From NCBI GenBank assembly GCA_049967475.1, contig JBMFSQ010000007.1, positions 1-64,000 on the forward strand: DNA of 64,000 bases, given 5' to 3'. Below, one piece after another: positions 29,178-38,892 of the stretch. Positions within the stretch are counted from its first letter, which is position 1. Every line of letters begins with the position of its first letter. Origin of the DNA: Chthonomonadales bacterium (lineage in GTDB: Bacteria; Armatimonadota; Chthonomonadetes; Chthonomonadales; CAJBBX01). The notes under the pieces are model-generated. The model saw only the letters and a list, made by a program, of their open reading frames with translations. It ran no database searches and had not been told where the DNA came from. Position numbers and translations under genes: made by a program.

Positions 29178-29774
29178 GTGCCGGCAAACCACAATCGTCA
29201 TCCTTTGCTTCTTCAGCCTGATGCGTCTGTGCTGGTGGTAATAGATCTGCAGGAGCCCTTCCTTCGCAACGTGTGGCAGCGCGGGCGGGTGGTGCGTAAC
29301 GCCGGTCTGTTGATACGGGGGTGCGGTATCCTGGGCGTTCCCGTCCTTCCTACGCTTCAGTATGCCCGCCGCATGGGCGGTGTGATACCCGAGATTGCTG
29401 GGGTGCTGCCGCCGCGATGCAATCCTGTGGACAAGCTCTGCTTCAGTTGTGCAGGAAGCGCCGATTTTGTGGGCAGATTGGAGCGTGCGGGCCGGCGCCA
29501 GGTGATCCTCTGCGGGGTAGAAACGCACATCTGCGTGTGCCAAACCGCGCTGGATCTGGTTCAGGCCGGGTATCAAGTGCATGTGGCGGCCGACGCGGTG
29601 TCTTCCCGTGGTGAGCTCAACTGGCGCCTGGGCCTGAAGCGGATAGAGCAGGGAGGGGCATTCACCGTTTCTACGGAAGGCGTGCTCTACGAGCTCATGG
29701 TGCGGGCCGGCACTGCGGAGTTCAAACAGATTGTGGATTTGGTAAAAGAGGCCGCCCCTGAAGAGGGCACTTAA
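29178..29774 (+). CDS. Isochorismatase-family hydrolase
   Basis: VVIDLQE, KLCFSC, GVETHICVCQT, DAVSSR; GGAGG RBS. Confidence 0.9.
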   Translation: MPANHNRHPLLLQPDASVLVVIDLQEPFLRNVWQRGRVVRNAGLLIRGCGILGVPVLPTLQYARRMGGVIPEIAGVLPPRCNPVDKLCFSCAGSADFVGRLERAGRRQVILCGVETHICVCQTALDLVQAGYQVHVAADAVSSRGELNWRLGLKRIEQGGAFTVSTEGVLYELMVRAGTAEFKQIVDLVKEAAPEEGT

Positions 29775-30697
29775 CGGCGCCCGATGAAGGCTTCGACCTC
29801 ATTGCGGTACGGCATGGATGCCTGCGCACCCACGCGGGTGCAGGCGAGGGCGGCGGCGGCATTGGCGAAGTGGGCGGCCGGCCCCAGGGCCATCCCTTCA
29901 CCGAGGGCTGTTGCCAGGGCGCCCGTGAAGCAGTCGCCTGCGGCGGTCGTGTCCACGGCATTCACCTTTTTGCCCGGGATCTCCTGAACCCGATCCATGG
30001 TCGCCACTACGGCGCCGCGGGCCCCCATGGTTACGACGGCAGCGCCCACTCCCAGGCGCCTCACGAGGGCCACAGCGGCGTCGCGAGCTTCATAGGGGCT
30101 TTGGATGGAGTGCCCCAGGAGCATGGCAGCCTCCACCTCATTAGGCGTCACAACGTCCACGCCGGCCATGGGGAGGGGTTGGGAGGGCACGGGAGCCGGG
30201 TTCAGAAGCACCGTCTTCTCCAACTCCTTGGCCAGTTCGATGGCGCGCGTCACCGTGTCCAGAGGGATTTCGAGCTGCAAAACAACTACCGAGGCGGCCT
30301 CAAACGCCGGGCGTGCCGCGTCTACATCTGCGGGCGAAAGGCGGCTGTTGGCGCCTGGCGCCACCACGATGGAGTTCTGGCCGCTGCCGTCAACAAAGAT
30401 GAGGGCTACGCCGGAGGGGGCCGTGTCGTCACGCACGATGTACGCGGTGTTCACACCGGCGGTGCCGATGCTCGCGATGGCCTGCGTGCCAAAGACGTCC
30501 TGCCCTACGCGCGCTACAAGCGACACCTCGGCGCCCAGCCTGGCGGCTGCCACGGCCTGGTTGGCGCCTTTCCCGCCCTGCGTCATCACGAACTCGCCGC
30601 CCAACACCGTTTCGCCGGGTGAGGGGATGCGGGGAGTGCGTACCACCATATCGGTATTGCTGCTTCCTACGACCACGATGCGGGCGGCGGTCCTCAT
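29771..30697 (-). CDS. rbsK: Ribokinase
   Basis: VVGSSNTD, GGKGANQA, LNPAP, PNEVE, DTTAAGDCF. Confidence 0.95.
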   Translation of the reverse strand: MRTAARIVVVGSSNTDMVVRTPRIPSPGETVLGGEFVMTQGGKGANQAVAAARLGAEVSLVARVGQDVFGTQAIASIGTAGVNTAYIVRDDTAPSGVALIFVDGSGQNSIVVAPGANSRLSPADVDAARPAFEAASVVVLQLEIPLDTVTRAIELAKELEKTVLLNPAPVPSQPLPMAGVDVVTPNEVEAAMLLGHSIQSPYEARDAAVALVRRLGVGAAVVTMGARGAVVATMDRVQEIPGKKVNAVDTTAAGDCFTGALATALGEGMALGPAAHFANAAAALACTRVGAQASMPYRNEVEAFIGRR

Positions 30698-30734
30698 GGG
30701 TTATCTCCTTGGTACACTCACTGCGCGAGGTTCT

Positions 30735-31889
30735 TCAGCCAACGTGGAAGAGGGCTCCTGCCGTATAGGTAACGGCTCCCACAATGATGCCTGCGAGCGT
30801 CATCTCCCACCCTGCGGCCCACCAGCTCCGAAGGGTGAAGAGTGATTTGGCGGCTCCTACGGCAAAGTGGGCTACGAGGGACACGAGGGCGGCGACGATT
30901 ACCCCCGGAGTTCCATGCATCCAGAAGAAGGGGATTACCGGGATCATGGCTCCCAGGCCCGTGCTGATGCCGGCTGCCAGGGCGCTCTGCACGGGGTTGC
31001 CGCCCTCTTGCTGCCCTTCAAACTCTTCTGTAGCGAGGACTTTGAGGAAAACATCCGGGTGCCTGGCGAGTTCTTCGGCCAGCCGGTCGGCTTCATCCTT
31101 GGTAAGACCCTTGAGCTGGTAGAAGAGTGAAAGTTCCTCTTTCTCTTCCTCCGGGTGCGTCTCCACTTCGTGGCGCTCACGGGCGATGTTGGCTTCCGCC
31201 ACTTCTGTTTGGGATTTCTCGGCGAGGTAGGCACCCGTGGCCATGGAGAGGGCCGAAGCCAGGGCGCCGGCAAGGCCCGCCGTAAGGACGAAGTTTTCTT
31301 GCCCGCTGGTTGCTCCCGACACTCCAGACACGATGCCGAATACTGCGGCGAGGCCGTCATTGGCGCCGTAGATGGCTCCGGACACCCAACCGGCGCCGCG
31401 CTTGTGCCACGTCTCTTGGGAGAGGATGCGATCCAGAGCGGCGGCTTGCGGGGCTTCCGGGGTATGGTGGAGCTCGTCCTGGCGAAGGGCGCGCACGTTG
31501 ACCTTGTGGTTCTGCTCGTCGCGGCGTATCTCGGCGAGGAGGCGATCGGTGTCTTCGTCGCCGGTAGGGCGCAGGTACTGGTCGTCAACCTCGTCTGTCT
31601 CGGCAGCTTCCTGCATGGCCAGGATGCGTTCCGCGGGAGCGAAGCGCATCTGAAGGCGGAACCAGGGCGATATGCGCACCGTTGCGGGGTCCGGAAGCGC
31701 CACGCCAAGTTGTGCAAGGCGCTCTTCGATGCGGCGGCGGTGGACGGCCTCGACTTCGGCCATTTGGCGGATGATGGCGGCGCGGCGCTCATCGGTTTCC
31801 CTTTCGGCAAGGGTGCGATAGACGAGGCCGGCGCGGATTTCTCCACGCCACGCGTCGAGGAGCCTCTTCACCACGTCCTGCTTCTCCAC
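30735..31889 (-). CDS. Rubrerythrin-like domain fused to a VIT1/CCC1 iron transporter (MbfA-like)
   Basis: N-terminal E..EAVH..E..EQNH diiron pattern; GANDGL, SMATGAYL; GTG start after GGAG. Confidence 0.85.
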   Translation of the reverse strand: MEKQDVVKRLLDAWRGEIRAGLVYRTLAERETDERRAAIIRQMAEVEAVHRRRIEERLAQLGVALPDPATVRISPWFRLQMRFAPAERILAMQEAAETDEVDDQYLRPTGDEDTDRLLAEIRRDEQNHKVNVRALRQDELHHTPEAPQAAALDRILSQETWHKRGAGWVSGAIYGANDGLAAVFGIVSGVSGATSGQENFVLTAGLAGALASALSMATGAYLAEKSQTEVAEANIARERHEVETHPEEEKEELSLFYQLKGLTKDEADRLAEELARHPDVFLKVLATEEFEGQQEGGNPVQSALAAGISTGLGAMIPVIPFFWMHGTPGVIVAALVSLVAHFAVGAAKSLFTLRSWWAAGWEMTLAGIIVGAVTYTAGALFHVG

Positions 31890-31960
31890 GGCACTTGCTC
31901 CCACTCCAGAATGTCCTCGGCCACCATTATACGCCACTGCGGCTGAGGCTGGACAGGTCT

Positions 31961-33976
31961 TCACTGCCAAAATTGATAGGTGGGTACCTGGGCTGCAATT
32001 CCGTAGATGTTCCAGAGGCTCCCTACCACGAACTGCCCCAGCATAAGGCCCATGAAGAAGGGGATGGAGCGCTGAAAGCCTACTCGGCCTCCGTACCGGA
32101 GGATGACGACTTTGAGGATCCAGGCGATGAAGAGCGGGAGCCATACAAGGTTGATTTCCCAACTGGCGGTGACGGCATAGGCCAGGGGATGGAACGGCCA
32201 CCAGGTGAAGCGTACGCGAAAGATCTGCAGCAGAAGCGCGGTGATGAAGCCTACCGCAATGGCCATGGTGGCGGTGAAATTTCCCAGATGGGGCGTTTGG
32301 AGCCACCCTTGCAGGCGCGTATAGGCTTCGTCCCCGAAGCTGATTGTAGCCTTGGCTCGGGCGCCGTAGGCGTAATTGAGGTGGAGCATCGCCCAGAAGG
32401 CCACCATAGAGGCGACGGCGCCGAAGATTGCCATCCCCCAGAACCAGCGGCGATAGTCGCTCCGCGTCTGCTCGGCGAGCTTGAACGACTCCAACTGGTG
32501 CGGCATGGGATGGGACCGGTACGCCCGGTTGAACCAGAAGAACAATGAGAAGGCCGTGAGCTGAGCAGGCGTAAAGGCCTTCTGACCCAACGTTTCTGAG
32601 AGGATCCAGTCCGGCCCTGTGAAGTGCAGATCGTGCACAGGGGTACCTAATTCGGCGCGCATCCGCGTGACGGCGAGGGCCAGGGCGAAGTAAATGGCAA
32701 AGAAGGCGATGCCCAACCAAGGGCCCATGCCCACCTGGTTCGAGAACCATAGGACTACAGCCATTCCCACCACGATGCCGGCCAGTGCCGTGCGGTATCG
32801 CACGGGTTCGTCGGCGTCATCCAATTGGGAGGGTTGGCCCAGCGCCCGCCGGATCACCTGCGCGAGGTACGGGCGAGAGAGCCAAAGGGCGCCTACGAAG
32901 TACGCAATGTAGGCTCCGAAGGCTTGGTTGTTGTCGTAGGGGAAGCGCGGGTCTTGGTCCCACGCGGCTGCGACTGTGATGATGTGTTGGGCCTTCCAGA
33001 ACCAATAGAAGAACCAGCAGGAGAAGAGGAAATCCACCGGCATGAGCATGCCTAGGCCGATCATGAAGGGGTAGAAGGAGAGAGGCGTCCATCCGATGGC
33101 GTTCCAGGGCTTCTCGGTAACCCATTGTTGCAAGTCGAAGAAGCTCTGGCCGCGGCCTGGAGTAAAGATCGTAGGGATGGCGGGATAGTAGACGTTGAGG
33201 CTGTTGACCGTGTCTATGAAGGCGGCGATGGAGAAGCCGATCCAGAAGAGGCGGTTGCGAAAGAGCCCGGTGCGTGGGGCGAAGGACTGTGCGTGGGTAA
33301 TCTGGAGGGGCAACTGCACGATGGGGTAGGTGAGGCGCTCGTTCTCCGTCCATTGCTTGCGGAGGATGGCGTTGATGCAGAGCATGACGAAGAGGAGTGC
33401 CGTCATGAAGCCTGTCCACGTGAGGGCTACAGGGAGCCAGGCTTTGATGTAGGCGATGCGGTAGAGGGTGTCGTTGCCTATGTAATATCCCTGGATGATG
33501 TTCTTTTCGCCCAGGGTGAAAGGATACTTGGGGAGGGTTCCCTTAATGAAAAGGTCCTGCCATCCATTGGAGCTGTCGGCGAAGCGGTAGGGCCAGGTGA
33601 GCATCGGAACCAGGATCTGGAACATGTCGTGTCCGCAGAGGCACGAGCCCACGGCCAGGACACCGTAGATGAACAAGAGTTCTCCGCGCGTAAGGGCAGC
33701 CCTGGGGAAGCGCTGTTCCACCAACCGGTTGAGGAGTGTGAGCACCAGGATGATGAAGATGAGGTTGAAGAAGAGCGAGATGGTAGTGGGGTGGGCCGAG
33801 TAGCGGATCTGCTCCATCTGCACCACCCAGTAGGCGTTGACGGGCAGCAGGAGGAACGCGACCAGGCAGGAACGCCACGTAACCGCCTGAAGCCGCCGTG
33901 CCGAGGCAGATGCGACGCGGCTGGTCCTCGCCGGCATGGGTTCCGTCTGCGCCGTTTGTGCTTCAAGCGGGACCAT
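31961..33976 (-). CDS. DUF6785/DUF6784-type polytopic membrane protein (putative peptide transporter)
   Basis: Many hydrophobic spans; RKQWTENERLTYPI, RMRAELG, WWPFHPLAY, LRYGG. Confidence 0.75.
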   Translation of the reverse strand: MVPLEAQTAQTEPMPARTSRVASASARRLQAVTWRSCLVAFLLLPVNAYWVVQMEQIRYSAHPTTISLFFNLIFIILVLTLLNRLVEQRFPRAALTRGELLFIYGVLAVGSCLCGHDMFQILVPMLTWPYRFADSSNGWQDLFIKGTLPKYPFTLGEKNIIQGYYIGNDTLYRIAYIKAWLPVALTWTGFMTALLFVMLCINAILRKQWTENERLTYPIVQLPLQITHAQSFAPRTGLFRNRLFWIGFSIAAFIDTVNSLNVYYPAIPTIFTPGRGQSFFDLQQWVTEKPWNAIGWTPLSFYPFMIGLGMLMPVDFLFSCWFFYWFWKAQHIITVAAAWDQDPRFPYDNNQAFGAYIAYFVGALWLSRPYLAQVIRRALGQPSQLDDADEPVRYRTALAGIVVGMAVVLWFSNQVGMGPWLGIAFFAIYFALALAVTRMRAELGTPVHDLHFTGPDWILSETLGQKAFTPAQLTAFSLFFWFNRAYRSHPMPHQLESFKLAEQTRSDYRRWFWGMAIFGAVASMVAFWAMLHLNYAYGARAKATISFGDEAYTRLQGWLQTPHLGNFTATMAIAVGFITALLLQIFRVRFTWWPFHPLAYAVTASWEINLVWLPLFIAWILKVVILRYGGRVGFQRSIPFFMGLMLGQFVVGSLWNIYGIAAQVPTYQFWQ

Positions 33977-33997
33977 GGGTATCCACGCCCGGGGATG

Positions 33998-34882
33998 CTA
34001 AAGATCCCGTTCTACAATGTACTGAGCGATGGCCCGCAGAGGGTCCGCACGGGCATCGAAGCCGGCGAGCGCATCTAGAGCGTGGCGGACTTCGAGGCGG
34101 GCGCGTTCTCGGGACCCGTCGAGCCCGAAGAGCTTAGGGTACGTTGCCTTGTCTTGCTTGAGGTCACTCCCCACGGGTTTGCCGATTTTGGCCTCGTCTC
34201 CGGTGATATCCAATATGTCGTCGGCGATTTGGAAGGCTAGCCCTACGCTTCGTCCGTAGCTCGAAAGGGCTTCGATTTGCTGCTGGTTGGCCCCACAGAG
34301 CATGGCGCCGGATAGAACGGAGGCAGTCAGCAGAGCTCCCGTCTTATGCTCGTGGATGAATTGCAGGTCTTCATAACCGATCTCCTTGCCTTCCGATTCG
34401 ATATCCACGACTTGGCCCCCCACCATTCCAGCCGTTCCGGTGGCATGGGCGACGAGCCTAAGCACCGGCACGATGCGCTCTACCGGAGCGGTGCGGGCAT
34501 TCTCGGCAATCAGCTCAAAGGCCAGGGCGAGCAGGGCGTCCCCAGCCAACATGGCAAGGGCTTCGCCATAGACCTTGTGGCTCGTGGGTCTGCCGCGGCG
34601 ATAGTCATCGTTATCCATGCAGGGAAGGTCATCGTGCACCAGGGAGAAGGCGTGGATGCATTCGAGGGCGCACGCAGTGGGAAGGACGTCCTCGCCGGCG
34701 CCTCCCACGGCCTCGGCAGAGGCGATCACGAGGATGGGCCGGATGCGCTTCCCCGGGGCAAGGACGCTATACCTTATGGCTTGATGGAGGCTCTGGGGGC
34801 GTTGAGTTTCGGGGGGAAGGTACCGGTCCAACGCGGCCTCAACCAGCCCGCGCCGGTCACCGAGATAGAGTTTCAGGTTCAT
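33998..34882 (-). CDS. ispA: Polyprenyl (FPP/GGPP) synthase
   Basis: GKRIRP, SLVHDDLPCMDNDDYRRG, HKTG, FQIADDILD, KATYP. Confidence 0.92.
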   Translation of the reverse strand: MNLKLYLGDRRGLVEAALDRYLPPETQRPQSLHQAIRYSVLAPGKRIRPILVIASAEAVGGAGEDVLPTACALECIHAFSLVHDDLPCMDNDDYRRGRPTSHKVYGEALAMLAGDALLALAFELIAENARTAPVERIVPVLRLVAHATGTAGMVGGQVVDIESEGKEIGYEDLQFIHEHKTGALLTASVLSGAMLCGANQQQIEALSSYGRSVGLAFQIADDILDITGDEAKIGKPVGSDLKQDKATYPKLFGLDGSRERARLEVRHALDALAGFDARADPLRAIAQYIVERDL

Positions 34883-35051
34883 ACGGGCTCTCGATGGGAA
34901 GTGTGGCTGTATTATAGGCGTTTTGGCGCAGCGTCGTAAAGGGGATCGCGTGCCCTGCACGGACGATTACCAGGCTCCGATAATACCATCAAAGGAGCAG
35001 GGCGGCGCCTGTACCCAAACCTGCATACCGTGCGCACCTGGGAAGTACCAC

Positions 35052-35906
35052 GTGGCCACTCTTACTTTGGATCAGCTGGTGCAGTCCGTTGACGAGCTGC
35101 CCTCCTTACCGGACGTGGCCCTGAAGGTGTTGCAGATGGCGGATGATCCGGGCGTGTCCGCCAGGGAGATCAGCCGCGTGATCTCTGCAGACATGGCCCT
35201 TGCGGCGCGTCTGCTGCGGATTGCTAACTCGGCGTATTATGGGATTACGCGGTCGGTAAGCACCATCAACGAGGCTGTTGTGATCCTTGGAATGCAGGCT
35301 GTGCGGAGCCTGGCTCTTGCTGCTGCTTCGTACGACACTCTTCGACGCGAGTATGCCGGGTATGGGTTGCGCGCCGGAGAGCTCTGGCACCATTCTATGG
35401 CGACGGCGATTGCGGCACAGATCATCGCCGGCCGCACGCGGGCAGCTCGGAATGAGGAAGCATTTGTGGCGGGTCTTTTGCACGACGTGGGCAAGGTGGT
35501 GCTCAACGTTCATGTAGGCCCTCAATTTGAGGTAATCCGAGCTTTGGCCGAGTTGGACAACCTCCCCTTCCATGTGGCGGAGAAGTCAGTCCTGGGCTAT
35601 GACCATGCCGAGGTAGGGGCGCGCGTGGCCGAGAAGTGGAATTTGCCGGAACATCTGTGCGCCGCCATCGGCGGGCACCATTCTCTGGACCGGGGATCCT
35701 CTGCACCTGAATTAGCCGCCGTCATCAACGTCGCGGACGGCATTGCGCATCTCGATGCCATGGGGCTGGATGAGGGGACGGCGCCGCCCCGCTACGATGC
35801 TCGGGCTCTGGATGCGCTTCAACTGAAGGAAGAGGATGTGGAGCAGATCGCCGCCGAGATGAACAGCCAGCTAGAGCGCGCCATGAGTGTGTTTGCAGCA
35901 CATTAG
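35052..35906 (+). CDS. HDOD-domain protein
   Basis: LPSLP, LLRIANSAYYG, LWHHS, GLLHDVGK, DHAEVG, WNLP. Confidence 0.9.
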   Translation: MATLTLDQLVQSVDELPSLPDVALKVLQMADDPGVSAREISRVISADMALAARLLRIANSAYYGITRSVSTINEAVVILGMQAVRSLALAAASYDTLRREYAGYGLRAGELWHHSMATAIAAQIIAGRTRAARNEEAFVAGLLHDVGKVVLNVHVGPQFEVIRALAELDNLPFHVAEKSVLGYDHAEVGARVAEKWNLPEHLCAAIGGHHSLDRGSSAPELAAVINVADGIAHLDAMGLDEGTAPPRYDARALDALQLKEEDVEQIAAEMNSQLERAMSVFAAH

Positions 35907-35924
35907 GAAGGGACCGGGCCAAGG

Positions 35925-36779
35925 GTGAGTGGAGAAAGCGTATTGCGGAGGCAGAGCAAAGGGCGGTCTCGTTGGTGGAAGGCGCCGGCCCACCTGGACG
36001 AACGCGCTCGAGCGGAGCTGGGCCGCTTCATGGACGGGTTCCGGAAGATCGCGGGTTCGGACCTGACGCATTACAAGCCGGTTCAGGTCTATGAACGCGC
36101 GCGGGCCAGGGCACAGCGCTTTCGCCTGACAGACCTGGATGATTACTGCAGGCTCCTGGAGGGCAGCCCTCAGGAGCGGGCTGCGTTTCTAGACAGTCTT
36201 ACGCCCAACGTGTCCGAGTTCTTTCGGGATCCTTCCTGCTGGGCATGGCTGGCGGAACATGTGCTTCCGGGCCTGCTGGGCGCCGGACGCGCTTTGAAGC
36301 TCTGGAGTGCCGGCTGTGCTTCGGGCGCGGAAGCCTATTCTCTGGCCATGCTTCTGGAAGACCTCTCTCCCGGGGTGCCCCATTTCCTGCTCGCTACAGA
36401 TGTGGACCGGCAGGTACTGAACTGTGCGGCGGAGGGGATCTATTGCTCCCACGATCTCCGCTACGTGCCCCGTCAGTATCGGGATTGGCTGCTGCCCTGC
36501 GAGGAGGGGTTGGCGGTGGCGCCGGGGATCCGACGGCGCGTAACCTTCGCGCCCCATGACCTGCTTGCGGACCCCTTCGAAGAGGACTTCGACTTTATTG
36601 CGTGCAGGAACGTGCTGATTTACTTCAGCGACGATGCGAAGAACCGGATATACGAACGCTTTTCGGCCGCTTTGGCCTTGGGCGGGGTGCTCTTTTTGGG
36701 ACTTGCGGAACGGCTGCGCGACCCGAGCGCTTTCGGCTTCGTAGAGCTGCATCCCGGGTTTTACCAAAGAACGGAATGA
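35925..36779 (+). CDS. cheR: CheR-family protein-glutamate methyltransferase
   Basis: NVSEFFRD, WSAGCASGAEAYSLA, ATD, CRNVLIYF. Confidence 0.9.
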   Translation: MSGESVLRRQSKGRSRWWKAPAHLDERARAELGRFMDGFRKIAGSDLTHYKPVQVYERARARAQRFRLTDLDDYCRLLEGSPQERAAFLDSLTPNVSEFFRDPSCWAWLAEHVLPGLLGAGRALKLWSAGCASGAEAYSLAMLLEDLSPGVPHFLLATDVDRQVLNCAAEGIYCSHDLRYVPRQYRDWLLPCEEGLAVAPGIRRRVTFAPHDLLADPFEEDFDFIACRNVLIYFSDDAKNRIYERFSAALALGGVLFLGLAERLRDPSAFGFVELHPGFYQRTE

Positions 36780-36821
36780 ATGGCTTGCGCTCGAGGAATG
36801 CTTCTATGAGGGGGTGAGGTT

Positions 36822-36998
36822 ATGATTGGAGTAGACACGATTTCGCCGATGGACACCGTGGCGGCGGCCATGGACCGATCACAAGGGGATGGCATGAGCC
36901 GCCAGGTTCTTCTTCTGAAGAAAGCGATCAGCGCTGAGAAGGATATGGTAGAACAGCTCTTGCCGGCGCCGCCGGGGCGACTAGACGTTCGCGCCTAG
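36822..36998 (+). CDS. Small YjfB-like (putative motility) protein, 58 aa; absent from the ORF track
   Basis: GAGGT RBS; MIGVDTISPMDTVAAAMDRSQGDGMSRQVLLLKKAISAEKDMVEQLLPAPPGRLDVRA, matching the LKKA...QLL...D-V-x-A pattern. Confidence 0.7.
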   Translation: MIGVDTISPMDTVAAAMDRSQGDGMSRQVLLLKKAISAEKDMVEQLLPAPPGRLDVRA

Positions 36999-37075
36999 CG
37001 GCAGGCAGGAACCGCTGTCTGCGCCGGCCAATCTCCCGGGCGGCGGGTGTCGTGCCGCCTTTGGGAGGGGACAGG

Positions 37076-37756
37076 GTGCAGCCCCACGAGCGTAAACTCC
37101 TCGAGCAGGGCGCATTCGAGCTGGGTGCTCCGTTGGATGGGGCGCAGCTCGACCAGTTCGAGCGTTTCGCATACCTTCTTTACGAGGCCAATAAGGGGCT
37201 CAATCTTACCCGCATCCCTCCGGAGCAAGCAGTACCCCTCCACTTCTTGGACTCGCTGGCCGTCTGCCGCGCTCTCAACGTGAGAATGCTGCGCAATCTT
37301 GCCGATGTGGGTTCCGGCGCGGGCTTCCCCGGCATTCCCCTCAAGATTGCATTTCCCCATCTGGAGGTAACGCTCATCGAAGCGACCCAGAAGAAGGCAG
37401 CCTTTCTGCGGGAGGTGGTGCGGCAGTTGGGCCTGAGCGCGGTGGAGGTGCTTGCCGCCCGGGCCGAGGATTTGGTGCGGGACCCCCTGGCTGCCGGAGG
37501 CTTCGACGCCGCAACTGCGCGGGCCGTTGCGCGCCTCACGAAGCTGCTGGAATGGATGCTGCCCCTCGTACGTTCCGGCGGTTCCGTGGTGGCCCTCAAG
37601 AGCCGCACCGCAGATGAAGAACTGCTCGAAGTCCGCCCGCTTCTCCCACGCCTGGGCGCTGTTTTGGCGAAGGATGTGCAGACGGCCATCCCGGGGACCG
37701 ATGCATACCGCCGCATCCTTGTTTTTGAGAGGACGACGAAGGGCCGGAGGCGGTAG
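37076..37756 (+). CDS. rsmG: 16S rRNA m7G527 methyltransferase
   Basis: LNLTRI, HFLDSL, DVGSGAGFPGIPL, ARAE, ARAV; GGGAGG RBS before GTG. Confidence 0.95.
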   Translation: MQPHERKLLEQGAFELGAPLDGAQLDQFERFAYLLYEANKGLNLTRIPPEQAVPLHFLDSLAVCRALNVRMLRNLADVGSGAGFPGIPLKIAFPHLEVTLIEATQKKAAFLREVVRQLGLSAVEVLAARAEDLVRDPLAAGGFDAATARAVARLTKLLEWMLPLVRSGGSVVALKSRTADEELLEVRPLLPRLGAVLAKDVQTAIPGTDAYRRILVFERTTKGRRR

Positions 37757-37836
37757 CGCTGAGCGGCAACAGCGGTCTACCTGGCAGGTATAATTCCGTG
37801 TTACCCATGGGAGTGCCATACAGGAGGGAGCCATCG

Positions 37837-38742
37837 TTGCAGATACACTCGATCCCTGTGGAGCAGATCGTAGAGGATCCTGACCAGCCGCGGCAATTCC
37901 ACGATCCCGAGAGCCTTATGGGTCTAGCGGAAAGCATCAGGAGGCACGGCATTTTGCAGCCGATTACGGTGACGCCCCTGCCCAATGTGAACATGTACCG
38001 CATCGTTACAGGGGAGCGGCGCTGGCGGGCTGCGCAGATTGCGGGTCTCACCGAGATCCCGTGCTTGGTGAAGGAGCTCGAGGCCGAGGATGCCGTTACC
38101 GAGCAGCTTATCGAGAACCTTCAGCGCGAAGATCTTCAGCCGCTGGAGAAGGCTCGGGCGCTCCGCCATATCAAGGATGCTTTGGGCGCTACGAACCGCG
38201 AGCTGGGGGCGCGCATCGGCTTATCCGAGCGTACGGTGGGTTATCTGCTGGATTTGCTGGATCTCCCTGAGCCCATCGCGCGGGAAGTCGTGTCCAGCCC
38301 GAACCGTCCGGCGGACGGCCAGATTACGGAGAAGCACGCCCGGTTCCTCAAACTGCTCAACGAGCAGCCTGATCTGCAGAATGCCGTGGTGGAAAAGATC
38401 AAAGAGGAGCGCATTACAGGCGAGCGCACCGGGAAGCTTGTGTCGGCGATCAAGCGGCGGCCCGAGCGTGCAGCGCAGATCCTGGAGGCCGCGGGAGAGG
38501 ATCTGGAGCGCCTGCTTGCCGAAGAAACCGCACCCGCGCATGCTGGGGTGGATGCCGGCGAGATGCCCTCGGTGCCGGGTGCGGCAGAACGGATACACGA
38601 ATTCCACGCGTTTTTGATGGGTCTGGCCATCATGGGAAGGTCCCGCGCTGAAATCGCCCGAATCCAAGATGCCCTCACGGTTTTGGGGCAGACGGTAGAT
38701 GGTCTTCTGCGGGAATGCCGTCTCGAGTTGGACGGGAAGTGA
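37837..38742 (+). CDS. ParB/Spo0J-family CTPase with HTH
   Basis: DQPRQ, GILQPI, GERRWRAA, ENLQREDL, HTH region; TATAAT at 37789 and GGAG RBS; start approximate. Confidence 0.9.
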   Translation: MQIHSIPVEQIVEDPDQPRQFHDPESLMGLAESIRRHGILQPITVTPLPNVNMYRIVTGERRWRAAQIAGLTEIPCLVKELEAEDAVTEQLIENLQREDLQPLEKARALRHIKDALGATNRELGARIGLSERTVGYLLDLLDLPEPIAREVVSSPNRPADGQITEKHARFLKLLNEQPDLQNAVVEKIKEERITGERTGKLVSAIKRRPERAAQILEAAGEDLERLLAEETAPAHAGVDAGEMPSVPGAAERIHEFHAFLMGLAIMGRSRAEIARIQDALTVLGQTVDGLLRECRLELDGK

Positions 38743-38892
38743 CGGACCCAAAAAACGAGCGGCGGGCGCCTGGGGGAGCGCCGCGCCGCTGTGGGAAGGA
38801 AGGTGAACTCGAACCAACGGTGATTATAGGCAAGTTGCGATGGAAACCCTAGGGGCCGAGGCTAGGGCGGCGTAAAGAGACGGGAGGATGCT

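Noticed and set aside
31890..32750. N-terminal extension of the 671-aa VIT1 ORF
   Set aside because: It is an alternate-frame overlap with the DUF6785 gene; an RBS, GTG start and TATAAT lie at about 31889-31931
34883..38742. Replication origin suggested by the gene-strand switch and rsmG-parB
   Set aside because: No dnaA, DnaA-box cluster, AT-rich unwinding element or parS palindrome seen; no obvious skew switch by eye
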